Shown here piece after piece: positions 10,701 through 24,200 of a DNA stretch of 64,000 nucleotides (within the stretch, counting starts at the first letter, position 1; each line of letters starts with the position of its first letter). Made by a program: the position numbers and the translations under genes. The stretch covers positions 372,001 through 436,000 of the forward strand of contig CM082582.2 in assembly GCA_040954595.2 (NCBI GenBank), read 5' to 3'. Source of the stretch: Balanoglossus misakiensis (taxonomy: Eukaryota > Animalia > Hemichordata). The notes beneath the pieces are model-generated. The model was not told where the DNA came from and did not search any database. It was given only the letters and a program-made list of their open reading frames with translations.

Positions 10701-13700
10701 TTCGGTTTGCCCGACTTAGCCAACGTCTTTGTACTAGAGTGTCGGGTGTTTTGCAGAGCCAGGCCGAAGGAAATCCGACTTGATCACCGTTGCTAACGAA
10801 CGCTAGTGTCTGTCATGGTGTGCCGGGGTTTTAGTCGAGCCAGGCCGTAGGAGATCTGACTTGATTATCGTGGTCAATGTACGCGTGTTTCCACTCTAAA
10901 GGGCCGGGGCTTCAGCTACACCAGGCCGTAGGAAATCCGACGTAATCACCGTTGATAACTTACGCCAGTCTGTGTCATATAGAGCCGGTGCACCAGCCGA
11001 GTCACGCCGTAGGAAATCTTACTTGATCAACGTGGTCAATGTACGCCTGTTTCTGCTCTAGAGTGCCGGGGCTTCAGCTGAGCCAGGCCGTGGGAAACCC
11101 GACGTGATTACCGTTGTTAACTTACGCCAGTTTGTGTCCTATATATAGTGCCGGGGCATCAGCCGTGCCAGGCCGAAGGAAATGTGAGTAGATCAACGTG
11201 GTCTCTGTACGCGTGTTTCTGCTCTAGAGTGCAAGGGCTTTAGCCAAGCCATGCCGTAGGAAATCTGACTTGATCAACGTTGCTAACGAACGCTAATGTC
11301 TGTCATAGTGTGCCGGGGTTTTAGTCGAGCCAAGCCGTAGGAGATCAGACTTGATCAACGTGGTCTCTGTACGCGTGTTTCTGCTCTAGAGTGCCGGGGC
11401 TTTATCCAAGCCATGCCGTAGAAAATCTGACTTGATCACCGTTGCTAACGGACGCTAGTGTCTGTCATATTGTGACGGAGATTTAGCCGAGCCAGGCCGT
11501 AGAAAAATCGACTTGTTCAACGTTACCAGTGTGCAACTGTTTCTGCTCTAGAGTGTCAGGGTTTTAGCCGACTTATGCTGTAGGAAATCTGAGTTGATGA
11601 ACGGGAATTCAATGTTAGAAATCCGTGTGGAAAGTATCTCTACCCGTTTGGAACTAAGAAAAGAATGTATTCTTATTTATTTTGTAAAAAAACAATATTT
11701 CGAAAAAAAGTCGAAAATGGTAATTTTGTCTTGGGTGATTCAAATTATACCGCCTTTTCTGGAATTTGCAGCACTTTTTACAAGAGAACGACACTTCATG
11801 CTCTATAATATTTCCGAAAATGAAGAAAAGAGTTAATTTTTTATGATTTTTTAAAAATTTACCATTTTTGTCAAAATATGGCCAAAATGGCTATTTTTTC
11901 TTGAATTCCGTCAATATCTCAGTATTTTTGGAGTGGTCGAAAGTTTTAACATACAATCAACATGTCATATATGATCAGGCACTAAATTCGAAGAACAAAG
12001 GTTTTTTATTTTTTTTTCTAAAAATGACATTTTCAAGGAAAATTTGGTAAAACGCAATTTTGTCTGCAGTGAGCCAAATTAGACGGTCTTTTGTGGAATT
12101 TGTATCGATATATACATACGAAGAGCATTCTATACTCCATCAGATTTCCGAAAATGTAGAAAACAGGTATTTTTTGTAATTTTCAAAAATTTACCATTTT
12201 GACCGAATTGTGGCTAAAATTGTTATTTTCGTGTTGAATGCCGCCAGTGTCATTGCTTTTAAAAGTCATAAAAAATTTTAACATACAAGCAATTGTTTAT
12301 ATATGATAAGGTCACCGAATTAAAAAAATAAAGAATGTTTTGACTAAAAATGACCTTTTTGGTGCAAAAACGAATAAAACGCAATTTTGTATTAAATCAG
12401 CTCATTCAGAGTGCATTTTTATAATCAGCACCATTTTTACATATAATGGAAATTTCATACATCATCAGATATCCAAATATGAAAAGATGATTTACATTTT
12501 AGATGATTGTCAAAAATTAGCTGATATCTGATAAATGTAGTATTGAACCGTTCTGTTCCCCCCCCCCCCTACATTATATGCGGTACGCTGATGTCAGCTT
12601 ACCCGGCAGTACTGCAGGCCGTGCCCCCAACTAACGTCGGTGTTTGAAACGCCCTGGTTAAATTCGGGCTTTCTCTATAAATTGACAGGCAATAATGCAG
12701 TCCTACCGGAACAAATGTCGAGTGTTGACCCGCTGTGACTTTCCCTGTTCGGTTTGCCCGACTTAGCCAACGTCTTTGTACTAGAGTGTCGGGTCTTTTG
12801 CAGAGCCAGGCCGAAGGAAATCCGACTTGATCACCGTTGCTAACGAACGCTAGTGTCTGTCATGGTGTGCCGGGGTTTTAGTCGAGCCAGGCCGTAGGAG
12901 ATCTGACTTGATCATCGTGGTCAATGTACGCGTGTTTCCGCTCTAAAGGGCTGGGGCTTCAGCTAAACCAGGCCGTAGGAAATCCGACGTAATCACCGTT
13001 GATAACTTACGCCAGTCTGTGTCATATAGAGCCGATGCACCAGCCGAGTCACGCCGTAGGAAATCTTACTTGATCAACGTGGTCAATGTACGCCTGTTTC
13101 TGCTCTAGAGTGCCGGGGCTTCAGCTGAGCCAGGCCGTGGGAAACCCGACGTGATTACCGTTGTTAACTTACGCCAGTTTGTGTCCTATATATAGTGCCG
13201 GGGCATCAGCCGTGCCAGGCCGAAGGAAATGTGAGTAGATCAACGTGGTCTCTGTACGCGTGTTTCTGCTCTAGAGTGCCAGGGCTTTAGCCAAGCCATG
13301 CCGTAGGAAATCTGACTTGATCAACGTTGCTAACGAACGCTAATGTCTGTCATAGTGTGCCGGGGTTTTAGTCGAGCCAAGCCGTAGGAGATCAGACTTG
13401 ATCAACGTGGTCTCTGTACGCGTGTTTCTGCTCTAGAGTGCCGGGGCTTTATCCAAGCCATGCCGTAGAAAATCTGACTTGATCACCGGTGCTAACGTAC
13501 GCTAGTGTCTGTCATATTGTGACGGAGATTTAGCCGAGCCAGGCCGTAGAAAAATCGACTTGTTCAACGTTACCAGTGTGCAACTGTTTCTGCTCTAGAG
13601 TGTCAGGGTTTTAGCCGACTTATGCTGTAGGAAATCTGAGTTGATGAACGGGAATTCAATGTTAGAAAACCCGTGTGGAAAGTATCTCTACCCGTTTGAA

Positions 13701-16700
13701 ACTAAGAAAAGAATTTATTCTTATTTATTTTGTAAAAAAGACAATTTTTCGAAAAAAAGTCGAAAAATTGCAATTTTGTCTTGGGTGATTCAAATTATAC
13801 CGCCTTTTTTGGAATTTGCAGCACTTTTTACAAGAGAACGACACTTCATGATCCATAATATTTCCGAAAATGAAGAAAAGAGTTAATTTTTTATGATTTT
13901 TCAAAAATTTACCATTTTTGTCAAAATATGGCCAAAATGGCTATTTTTCTTGAATTCCGTCAATATCTCTGCATTTTTGGAGTGGTCGAGAGTTTTAACA
14001 TACAATCAACATGTCATATATGATCAGGGCACCAAATTCGAAGAACAAAGGTTTTTTATTTTTTTTTCTAAAAATGACATTTTCAAGGAAAATTTGGTAA
14101 AACGCAATTTTGTCTGCAGTGAGCCAAATTAGACGGTCTTTTGTGGAATTTGTATCGATATATACATACGAAGAGCATTCTGTACTCCATCAGATTTCCG
14201 AAAATGTAGAAAACAGGTATTTTTTGTAATTTTCAAAAAATTACCATTTTGACCAAATTGTGGCTAAAATTGTTATTTTCGTGATGAATGCCGCCAGTGT
14301 CACTGCTTTTAAAAGTCATAAAAACTTTTAACATACAAGCAATTGTTTATATATGATCAGGTCACCGAATTAAAAATATAAAGAATGTTTTGCCTAAAAA
14401 TGACCTTTTTGGTGCAAAAACGAATAAAACGCAATCTTGTATTAAATCAGTTCATTCAGAGTGCATGTTTTATAATAAGCACCATTTTTACATATAATGG
14501 AAATTTCATACATCATCAGATATCCAAATATGAAAAAATGATTTAGATTTTAGATGATTGTCCAAAATTAGCTGATATCTAATAAATGTAGTATTGAACC
14601 GTTCTGTCCCCCCCCCCACTTACATTATATGCGGTACGCCGATGTCAGCTTACCCGGCAGTACTGTAGGCCGTGCCCCCAACAAACGTCGGTGTTTGAAA
14701 CGCCCTGGTTAAATTCGGGCTCTCTCTATAAATCGACAGGCAATAATGCAGTCCTACCGGAACAAATGTCGAGTGTTGACCCGCTGCGACTTTCCCTCTT
14801 CGGTTTGCCCAACTTAGCCAACGTCTTTGTACTAGAGTGTCGGGTCTTTTGCAGAGCCAGGCCGAAGGAAATCCGACTTGATCACCGTTGCTAACGAACG
14901 CTAGTGTCTGTCATGGTGTGCCGGGGTTTTAGTCGAGCCAGGCCTTAGGAGATCTGACTTGATCATCGTGGTCAATGTACGCGTGTTTCCGCTCTAAAGT
15001 GCCGGGGCTTCAGCTAAACCATGCCGTAGGAAATCCGACGTAATCACCGTTGATAACTTACGCAAGTCTGTGTCATATAGAGCCGGTGCACCAGCCGAGT
15101 CACGACGTAGGAAATCTGACTTGATCAACGTGGTCAATGTACGCCTGTTTCTGCTCTAGAGTGCCGGGGCTTCAGCTGAGCCAGGCCGTAGGAAACCCGA
15201 CGTGATTACCGTTGTTAACTCACGCCAGTTTGTGTCCTATATATAGTGCCGGGGCATCAGCCTTGCCAGGCCGAAGGAAATGTGAGTAGATCAACGCGGT
15301 CTCTGTACGCGTGTTTCTGCTCTAGAGTGCCAGGGCTTTAGCCAAGCCATGCCGTAGAAAATCTGACTTGATCACCGTTGCTAACGAACGCTAGTGTCTG
15401 TCATAGTGTGCCGGGGTTTTAGTCGAGCCAAGCCGTAGGAGATCAGACTTGATCAACGTGGTCTCTGTACGCGTGTTTCTGCTCTAGAGTGCCGGGGCTT
15501 TATCCAATCCATGCCGTAGAAAATCTGACTTGATCACCGTTGCTAACGTACGCTAGTGTCTGTCATATTGTGACGGAGATTTAGCCGAGCCAGGCCGTAG
15601 AAAAATCGACTTGTTCAACGTTACCAGTGTGCAACTGTTTCTGCTCTAGAGTGTCAGGGTTTTAGCCGACTTATGCTGTAGGAAATCTGAGTTGATGAAC
15701 GGGAATTCAATGTTAGAAAACCCGTGTGGAAAGTATCTCTACCCGTTTGAAACTAAGAAAAGAATTTATTCTTATTTATTTTGTAAAAAAGACAATTTTT
15801 CGAAAAAAAGTCGAAAAATTGCAATTTTGTCTTGGGTGATTCAAATTATACCGCCTTTTCTGGAATTTGCAGCACTTTTTACAAGAGAACGACACTTCAT
15901 GCTCCATAATATTTCCGAAAATGAAGAAAAGAGTTAATTTTTTATGATTTTTCAAAAATTTACCATTTTTGTCAAAATATGGCCAAAATGGCTATTTTTC
16001 TTGAATTCCGTCAATATCTCTGCATTTTTGGAGTGGTCGAGAGTTTTAACATACAATCAACATGTCATATATGATCAGGGCACCAAATTCGAAGAACAAA
16101 GGTTTTTTTATTTTTTTTTCTAAAAATGACATTTTCAAGGAAAATTTGGTAAAACGCAATTTTGTCTGCAGTGAGCCAAATTAGACGGTCTTTTGTGGAA
16201 TTTGTATCGATATATACATACGAAGAGCATTCTATACTCCATCAGATTTCCGAAAATGTAGAAAACAGGTATTTTTTGTAATTTTCAAAAATTTACCATT
16301 TTGACCAAATTGTGGCTAAAATTGTTATTTTCGTGATGAATGCCGCCAGTGTCACTGCTTTTAAAAGTCATAAAAACTTTTAACATACAAGCAATTGTTT
16401 ATATATGATCAGGTCACCGAATTAAAAATATAAAGAATGTTTTGCCTAAAAATGACCTTTTTGGTGCAAAAACGAATAAAACGCAATCTTGTATTAAATC
16501 AGTTCATTCAGAGTGCATGTTTTATAATAAGCACCAATTTTACATATAATGGAAATTTCATACATCATCAGATATCCAAATATGAAAAAATGATTTAGAT
16601 TTTAGATGATTGTCCAAAATTAGCTGATATCTAATAAATGTAGTATTGAACCGTTCTGCCCCCCCCCCCCCCCCTTTACATTATATGCGGTACGCCGATG

Positions 16701-18216
16701 TCAGCTTACCCGGCAGTACTGTAGGCCGTGCCCCCAACAAACGTCGGTGTTTGAAACGCCCTGGTTAAATTCGGGCTCTCTCTATAAATCGACAGGCAAT
16801 AATGCAGTCCTACCGGAACAAATGTCAAGTGTTGAACCGCTGTGACTTTCCCTGTTCGGTTTGCCCGACTTAGCCAACGTCTTTGTACTAGAGTGTCGGG
16901 TCTTTTGCAGAGCCAGGCCGAAGGAAATCCGACTTGATCACCGTTGCTAACGAACGCTAGTGTCTGTCATTGTGTGCCGGGGTTTTAGTCGAGCCAGGCC
17001 GTAGGAGATCTGACTTGATCATCGTGGTCAATGTACGCGTGTTTCCGCTCTAAAGTGCCGGGGCTTCAGCTAAACCAGGCCGTAGGAAATCCGACGTAAT
17101 CACCGTTGATAACTTACGCCAGTCTGTGTCATATAGAGCCGGTGCACCAGCCGAGTCACGCCGTAGGAAATCTGACTTGATCAACGTGGTCAATGTACGC
17201 CTGTTTCTGCTCTAGAGTGCCGGGGCTTCAGCTGAGCCAGGCCGTAAGAAAACCCGACGTGATTACCGTTGTTAACTTACGCCAGTCTGTGTCCTATATA
17301 TAGTGCCGGGGCATCAGCCGTGCCAGGCCGAAGGAAATGTGAGAAGATCAACGTGGTCTCTGTACGCGTGTTTCTGCTCTAGAGTGCCAGGGCTTTAGTT
17401 AAGCCATGCCGTAGGAAATCTGACTTGATCAAAGTTGCTAACGAACGCTAGTGTCTGTCATAGTGTGCCGGGGTTTTAGTCGAGCCAGGCCGTAGGAGAT
17501 CAGACTTGATCAACGTGGTCTCTGTACGCGTGTTTCTGCTCTAGAGTGCCGGGGCTTTATCCAAGCCATGCCGTAGAAAATCTGACTTGATCACCGTTGC
17601 TAACGTACGCTAGTGTCTGTCATATTGTGACGGAGATTTAGCCGAGCCAGGTCGTAGAAAAATCGACTTGTTCAACGTTACCAGTGTGCAACTGTTTCTG
17701 CTCTAGAGTGTCAGGGTTTTAGCCGACTTATGCTGTAGGAAATCTGAGTTGATGAACGGGAATTCAATGTTAGAAAACCCGTGTGGAAAGTATCTCTACC
17801 CGTTTGAAACTAAGAAAAGAATTTATTCTTATTTATTTTGTAAAAAAAGACAATTTTTCGAAAAAAAGTTGAAAATGGTAATTTTGTCTTGGGTGATTCA
17901 AATTATACCGCCTTTTCTGGAATATGCAGCACTTTTTGCAAGAGAACGACACTTCATGCTCCATAATATTTCCGAAAATGAAGAAAAGAGTTAATTTTTT
18001 ATGATTTTTTAAAAATTTACCATTTTTGTCAAAATATGGCCAAAATGGCTATTTTTTCTTGAATTCCGTCAATATCTCAGCATTTTTGGAGTGGTCGAAA
18101 GTTTTAACATACAATCAACATGTCATATATGATCAGGCACTAAATTCGAAGAACAAAGGTTTTTTATTTTTTTCTTCTAAAAATGACATTTTCAAGGAAA
18201 ATTTGGTAAAACGCAA

Positions 18217-21200
18217 ATTATTGCCTGTCAATTTATAGAGAAAGCCCGAATTTAACCAGGCCCTGGCACTCTAGCGTACAGAGACCACGTTGATCAAGTC
18301 TGATCTCCTACGGCTTGGTTCGACTAAAACCCCGGCACACTATGACAGACACTAGCGTTCGTTAGCAACGGTGATCAAGTCAGATTTTCTACGGCATGGC
18401 TTGGCTAAAGCCCTGGCACTCTAGAGCAGAAACACGCGTACAGAGACCACGTTGATCTACTCACATTTCCTTCGGCCTGGCACGGCTGATGCCCCGGCAC
18501 TATATATAGGACACAAACTGGCGTAAGTTAACAACGGTAATCACGTCGGGTTTCCTACGGCCTGGCTCAGCTGAAGCCCCGGCTCTCTAGAGCAGAAACA
18601 GGCGTACATTGACCACGTTGATCAAGTCAGATTCCTACGGCGTGACTCCGCTGGTGCACCGGCTCTATATGACACAGACTGGCGTAAGTTATCAACGGTG
18701 ATTACGTCGGATTTCCTACGGCCTGGTTTAGCTCAAGCCCCGGCACTTTAGAGCGGAAACAGGCGTACATTGACCACGATGATCAAGTCAGATCTCCTAC
18801 GGCTTGGCTCGACTAAAACCCCGGCACACTATGACAGACACTAGCGTTCGTTAGCAACGTTGATCAAGTCAGATTTTCTACGGCATAGCTCGGATGAAGC
18901 CCCGGCACTCTAGAGCAGAAACACGCGTACAGAGACCACGTTGATCAAGTCTGATCTCCTACGGCTTGGCTCGACTAAAACCCCGGCACACTATGACAGA
19001 CACTATCGTACGTTAGCAACGGTGATCAAGTCAGATTTTCTACGGCATGGCTTGGATAAAGCCCCGGCACTCTAGAGCAGAAACACGCGTACAGAGACCA
19101 CGTTGATCTACTCACATTTCCTTCGGCCTGGCACGGCTGATGCCCCGGCACTATATATAGGACACAGACTGGCGTAAGTTAACAACGGTAATCACGTCGG
19201 GTTTCCTACGGCCTGGCTCAGCTGAAGCCCCGGCACTCTAGAGCAGAAACAGGCGTACATTGACCACGTTGATCAAGTCAGATTTCCTACGGCGTGATTC
19301 GGCTGGTGCACCGGCTCTATATGACACAGACTGGCGTAAGTTATCAACGGTGATTACGTCGGATTTCCTACGGCATGGTTTAGCTGAAGCCCCGGCACTT
19401 TAGAGCGGAAACACGCGTACATTGACCACGATGATCAAGTCAGATCTCCTACGGCCTGGCTCTTCTAAAACCCCGGCACACCATGACAGACACTAGCGTT
19501 CGTTAGCAACGGTGATCAAGTCGGATTTCCTTCGGCCTGGCTCTGCAAAAGACCCGACACATTAGTACAAAGACGTTGGCTAAGTCGGGCAAACCGAAGA
19601 GGGAAAGTCACAGCGGGTCAACACTCGACATTTGTTCGGGTAGGACTGCATTATTGCCTGTCAATTTATAGAGAAAGCCCGAATTTAACCAGGGCGTTTC
19701 AAACACCGACGTTATTTGGGGGCACGGCCTGCAGTACTGCCGGGTAAGCTGACATCGGCGTACCGCATATAATGTAGGGGGGGGACAGAACGGTTCAATA
19801 CTACATTTATTAGATATCAGCTAATTTTGGACAATCATCTAAAATCTAAATCATTTTTTCATATTTGGATATCTGATGATGTATGAAATTTCCAATATAT
19901 GTAAAAATGGTGCTGATTATAAAAAATGCACTCTGAATGAGCTGATTTAATACAAAATTGCGTTTTATTCGTTTTTGCACCAAAAAGGTCATTTTTAGGC
20001 AAAACATTCTTTATTTTTTTAATTCGGTGGCCTGATCATATATAAGCAATTGCTTGCATGTTAAAAGTTTTTATGACTTTTAAAAGCAGTGACACTGGCG
20101 GCATTCAACACGAAAATAACAATTTTAACCACAATTTGGTCAAAATGGTAAATTTTTGAAAATTACAAAAAATACCTGTTTTCTACATTTTCGGAAATGT
20201 GATGGAGTATAGAATGCTCTTCGTATATATATATCGATACAAATTCCACAAAAGACCGTCTAATTTGGCTCACTGCAGACAAAATTGCGTTTTACCAAAT
20301 TTTCCTTGAAAATGTCATTTTTAGAAAAATAAAATAAAAAAACCTTCGTTCTTCGAATTTGGTGCCCTGATCATATATGACATGTTGATTGTATGTTAAA
20401 ACTTTCGACCACTCCAAAAATGCAGAGATATTGACGGAATTCAAGAAAAAATAGCCATTTTGGCCATATTTTGACAAAATGGTACATTTTTGAAAAATCA
20501 TAAACAATTAACTCTTTTCTTCATTTTCGGAAATATTATGGAGCATGAAGTGTCGTTCTCTTGTAAAAAGTGCTGCAAATTCCAGAAAAGGCGGTATAAT
20601 TTGAATCACCCAAGACAAAATTGCAATTTTCAACTTTTTTTCGAAAAATTGTCTTTTTTTACAAAATAAATAAGAATAAATTCTTTTCTTAGTTTCAAAC
20701 GGGTAGAGATACTTTCCACACGGGTTTTCTAACATTGAATTCCCGTTCATCAACTCAGATTTCCTACAGCATAAGTCGGCTAAAACCCTGACACTCTAGA
20801 GCAGAAACAGTTGCACACTGGTAACGTTGAACAAGTCGATTTTTCTACGGCCTGGCTCGGCTAAATCTCCGTCACAATATGACAGACACTAGCGTACGTT
20901 AGCAACGGTGATCAAGTCAGATTTTCTACGGCATGGGTTGGATAAAGCCCCGGCACTCTAGAGCAGAAACACGCGTACAGAGACCACGTTGATCAAGTCT
21001 GATCTCCTACGGCTTGGCTCGACTAAAACCCCGGCACACTATGACAGACACTAGCGTTCGTTAGCAACGTTGATCAAGTCAGATTTCCTACGGCATGGCT
21101 TGGCTAAAGCCCTGGCACTCTAGAGCAGAAACACGCGTACAGAGACCACGTTGATCTACTCACATTTCCTTCGGCCTGGCACGGCTGATGCCCCGGCACT

Positions 21201-24200
21201 ATATATAGGACACAAACTGGCGTAAGTTAACAACGGTAATCACGTCGGGTTTCCTACGGCCTGGCTCAGCTGAAGCCCCGGCACTCTAGAGCAGAAACAG
21301 GCGTACATTGACCACGTTGATCAAGTCAGATTTCCTACGGCGTGACTCGGCTGGTGCACCGGCTCTATATGACACAGACTGGCGTAAGTTATCAACGGTG
21401 ATTACGTCGGATTTCCTACGGCCTGGTTTAGCTGAAGCCCCGGCACTTTAGAGCGGAAACACGCGTACATTGACCACGATGATCAAGTCAGATCTCCTAC
21501 GGCCTGGCTCGACTAAAACCCCGGCACACCATGACAGACACTAGCGTTCGTTAGCAACGGTGATCAAGTCGGATTTCCTTCGGCCTGGCTCTGCAAAAGA
21601 CCCGACACTCTAGTACAAAGACGTTGGCTAAGTTGGGCAAACCGAAGAGGGAAAGTCGCAGCGGGTCAACACTCGACATTTGTTCCGGTAGGACTGCATT
21701 ATTGCCTGTCGATTTATAGAGAGAGCCCGAATTTAACCAGGGCGTTTCAAACACCGACGTTTGTTGGGGGCACGGCCTACAGTACTGCCGGGTAAGCTGA
21801 CATCGGCGTACCGCATATAATGTAGGGGGGGGGGGGGGGACAGAACGGTTCAATACTACATTTATTAGATATCAGCTAATTTTGGACAATCATCTAAAAT
21901 CTAAATCATTTTTTCATATTTGGATATCTGATGATGTATGAAATTTCCAATATATGTAAAAATGGTGCTGATTATAAAAAATGCACGCTGAATGAGCTGA
22001 TTTAATACAAAATTGCGTTTTATTCGTTTTTGCACCAAAAAGGTCATTTTTAGGCAAAACATTCTTTATTTTTTTAATTCGGTGGCCTGATCATATATAA
22101 GCAATTGCTTGCATGTTAAAAGTTTTTATGACATTTAAAAGCAGTGACACTGGCGGCATTCAACACGAAAATAACAATTTAACCACAATTTGGTCAAAAT
22201 GGTAAATTTTTGAAAATTACAAAAAATACCTGTTTTCTACATTTTCGGAAATCTGATGGAGTATAGAATGCTCTTCGTATATATATATCGATACAAATTC
22301 CACAAAAGACCGTCTAATTTGGCTCACTGCAGACAAAATTGCGTTTTACCAAATTTTTCTTGAAAATGTCATTTTTAGAAAAATAAAATAAAAAAACCTT
22401 CGTTCTTCGAATTTGGTGCCCTGATCATATATGACATGTTGATTGTATGTTAAAACTTTCGACCACTCCAAAAATGCAGAGATATTGACGGAATTCAAGA
22501 AAAAATAGCCATTTTGGCCATATTTTGACAAAATGGTACATTTTTAAAAAAATCATAAAAAATAAACTCTTTTCTTCATTTTCGGAAATATTATGGAGCA
22601 TGAAGTGTCGTTCTTATGTAAAAAGTGCTGCAAATTCCAGAAAATGTGGTATAATTTGAATCACCCAAGACAAAATTACCATTTTCGACTTGTTTTCGAA
22701 AAATTGTCTTTTTTAAAAAATAAATAAGAATAAATTCTTTTCTTAGTTTCAAACGGGTAGAGATACTTTCCACACGGGTTTTCTAACATTGAATTCCCGT
22801 TCATCAACTCAGATTTCCTACAGCATAAGTCGGCTAAAACCCTGACACTCTAGAGCAGAAACAGTTGCACACTGATAACGTTGAACAAGTCGATTTTTCT
22901 ACGGCCTGGCTCGGCTAAATCTCGTCACAATATGACAGACACTAGCGTACGTTAGCAACGGTGATCAAGTCAGATTTTCAACGGCATGGGTTGGATAAAG
23001 CCCCGACACTCTAGAGCAGAAACACGCGTACAGAGACCACGTTGATCAAGTCTGATCTCCTACGGCTTGGCTCGACTAAAACCCCGGCACACTATGACAG
23101 ACACTAGCGTTATTATTATTATTATTATTAAGAATTGTTTAAAAATGCGCTACACATACGTCTCAGCGCATTGTGCACAGCTAAAACAGTAGATTAAAAA
23201 ATACAAGGCTGGTAAAAATAGTTAAAAGGACACAATCGAACACGTTACACATGAAACCGAGTAAAAAGGTATGTTTTCAAATTACGCTTAAAAATATTGA
23301 GCGTTCGTTAGCAACGTTGATCAAGTCAGATTTCCTACGGCATGGCTTTGCTAAAGCCTGACACTCTAAAGCAGAAACACGCGTACAGAGACCACGTTGA
23401 TCGACTAACATTTCCTTCGGCCTGGCACGGCTGATGCCCCGGCACTATATATAGGACACAGACTGGCGTAAGTTAACAACGGTAATCACGTCGGGTTTCC
23501 TACGGCCTGGCTCAGCTGAAGCCCCGGCACTCTAGAGCAGAAACAGGCGTACATTGACCACGTTGATCAAGTCAGATTTCCTACGGCGTGACTCGGCTGG
23601 TGAACCGGCTCTATATGACACAGACTGGCGTAAGTTATCAACGGTGATTACGTCGGATTTCCTACGGCCTGGTTTAGCTGAAGCCCCGGCACTTTAGAGC
23701 GGAAACACGCGTACATTGACCACGATGATCAAGGCAGATCTCCTACGGCCTGGCTCGACTAAAACCCCGGCACACCATGACAGACACTAGCGTTCGTTAG
23801 CAACGGTGATCAAGTCGGATTTCCTTCGGCCTGGCTCTGCAAAAGACCCGACACTCTAGTACAAAGACGTTGGCTAAGTCGGGCAAACCGAAGAGGGAAA
23901 GTCACAGCGGGTCAACACTCGACATTTGTTCGGGTAGGACTGCATTATTGCCTGTCAATTTATAGAGAAAGCCCGAATTTAACCAGGGCGTTACAAACAC
24001 CGACGTTAGTTGGGGGCACGGCCTGCAGTACTGACGGGTAAGCTGACATCGGCGTACCGCATATAATATAGGGGGGGGGGGAAACAGAACGGTTCAATAC
24101 TACATTTATTAGATATCAGCTAATTTTGGACAATCATCTAAAATCTAAATCATTTTTTCATATTTGGATATCTGATGATGTATGAAATTTCCATTATATG

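Larger units (their letters stand above)
1..18216 (+). repeat. Array block A (forward orientation, ~9 units)
   Basis: Units read gccgtaggaaatctgacttgatc (GC domain), then AT domain, then poly-C linker. The block stops mid AT domain at ...ggtaaaacgcaa (18216). Confidence 0.95.

Noticed and set aside
19860-19900. Hammerhead-like ctgatga...gaaa (ctgatgatgtatgaaa) in the inverted AT domain
   Set aside because: Only 5 nt lie between CUGAUGA and GAAA, so stem II cannot form, and no stem III/NUH cleavage site was found.
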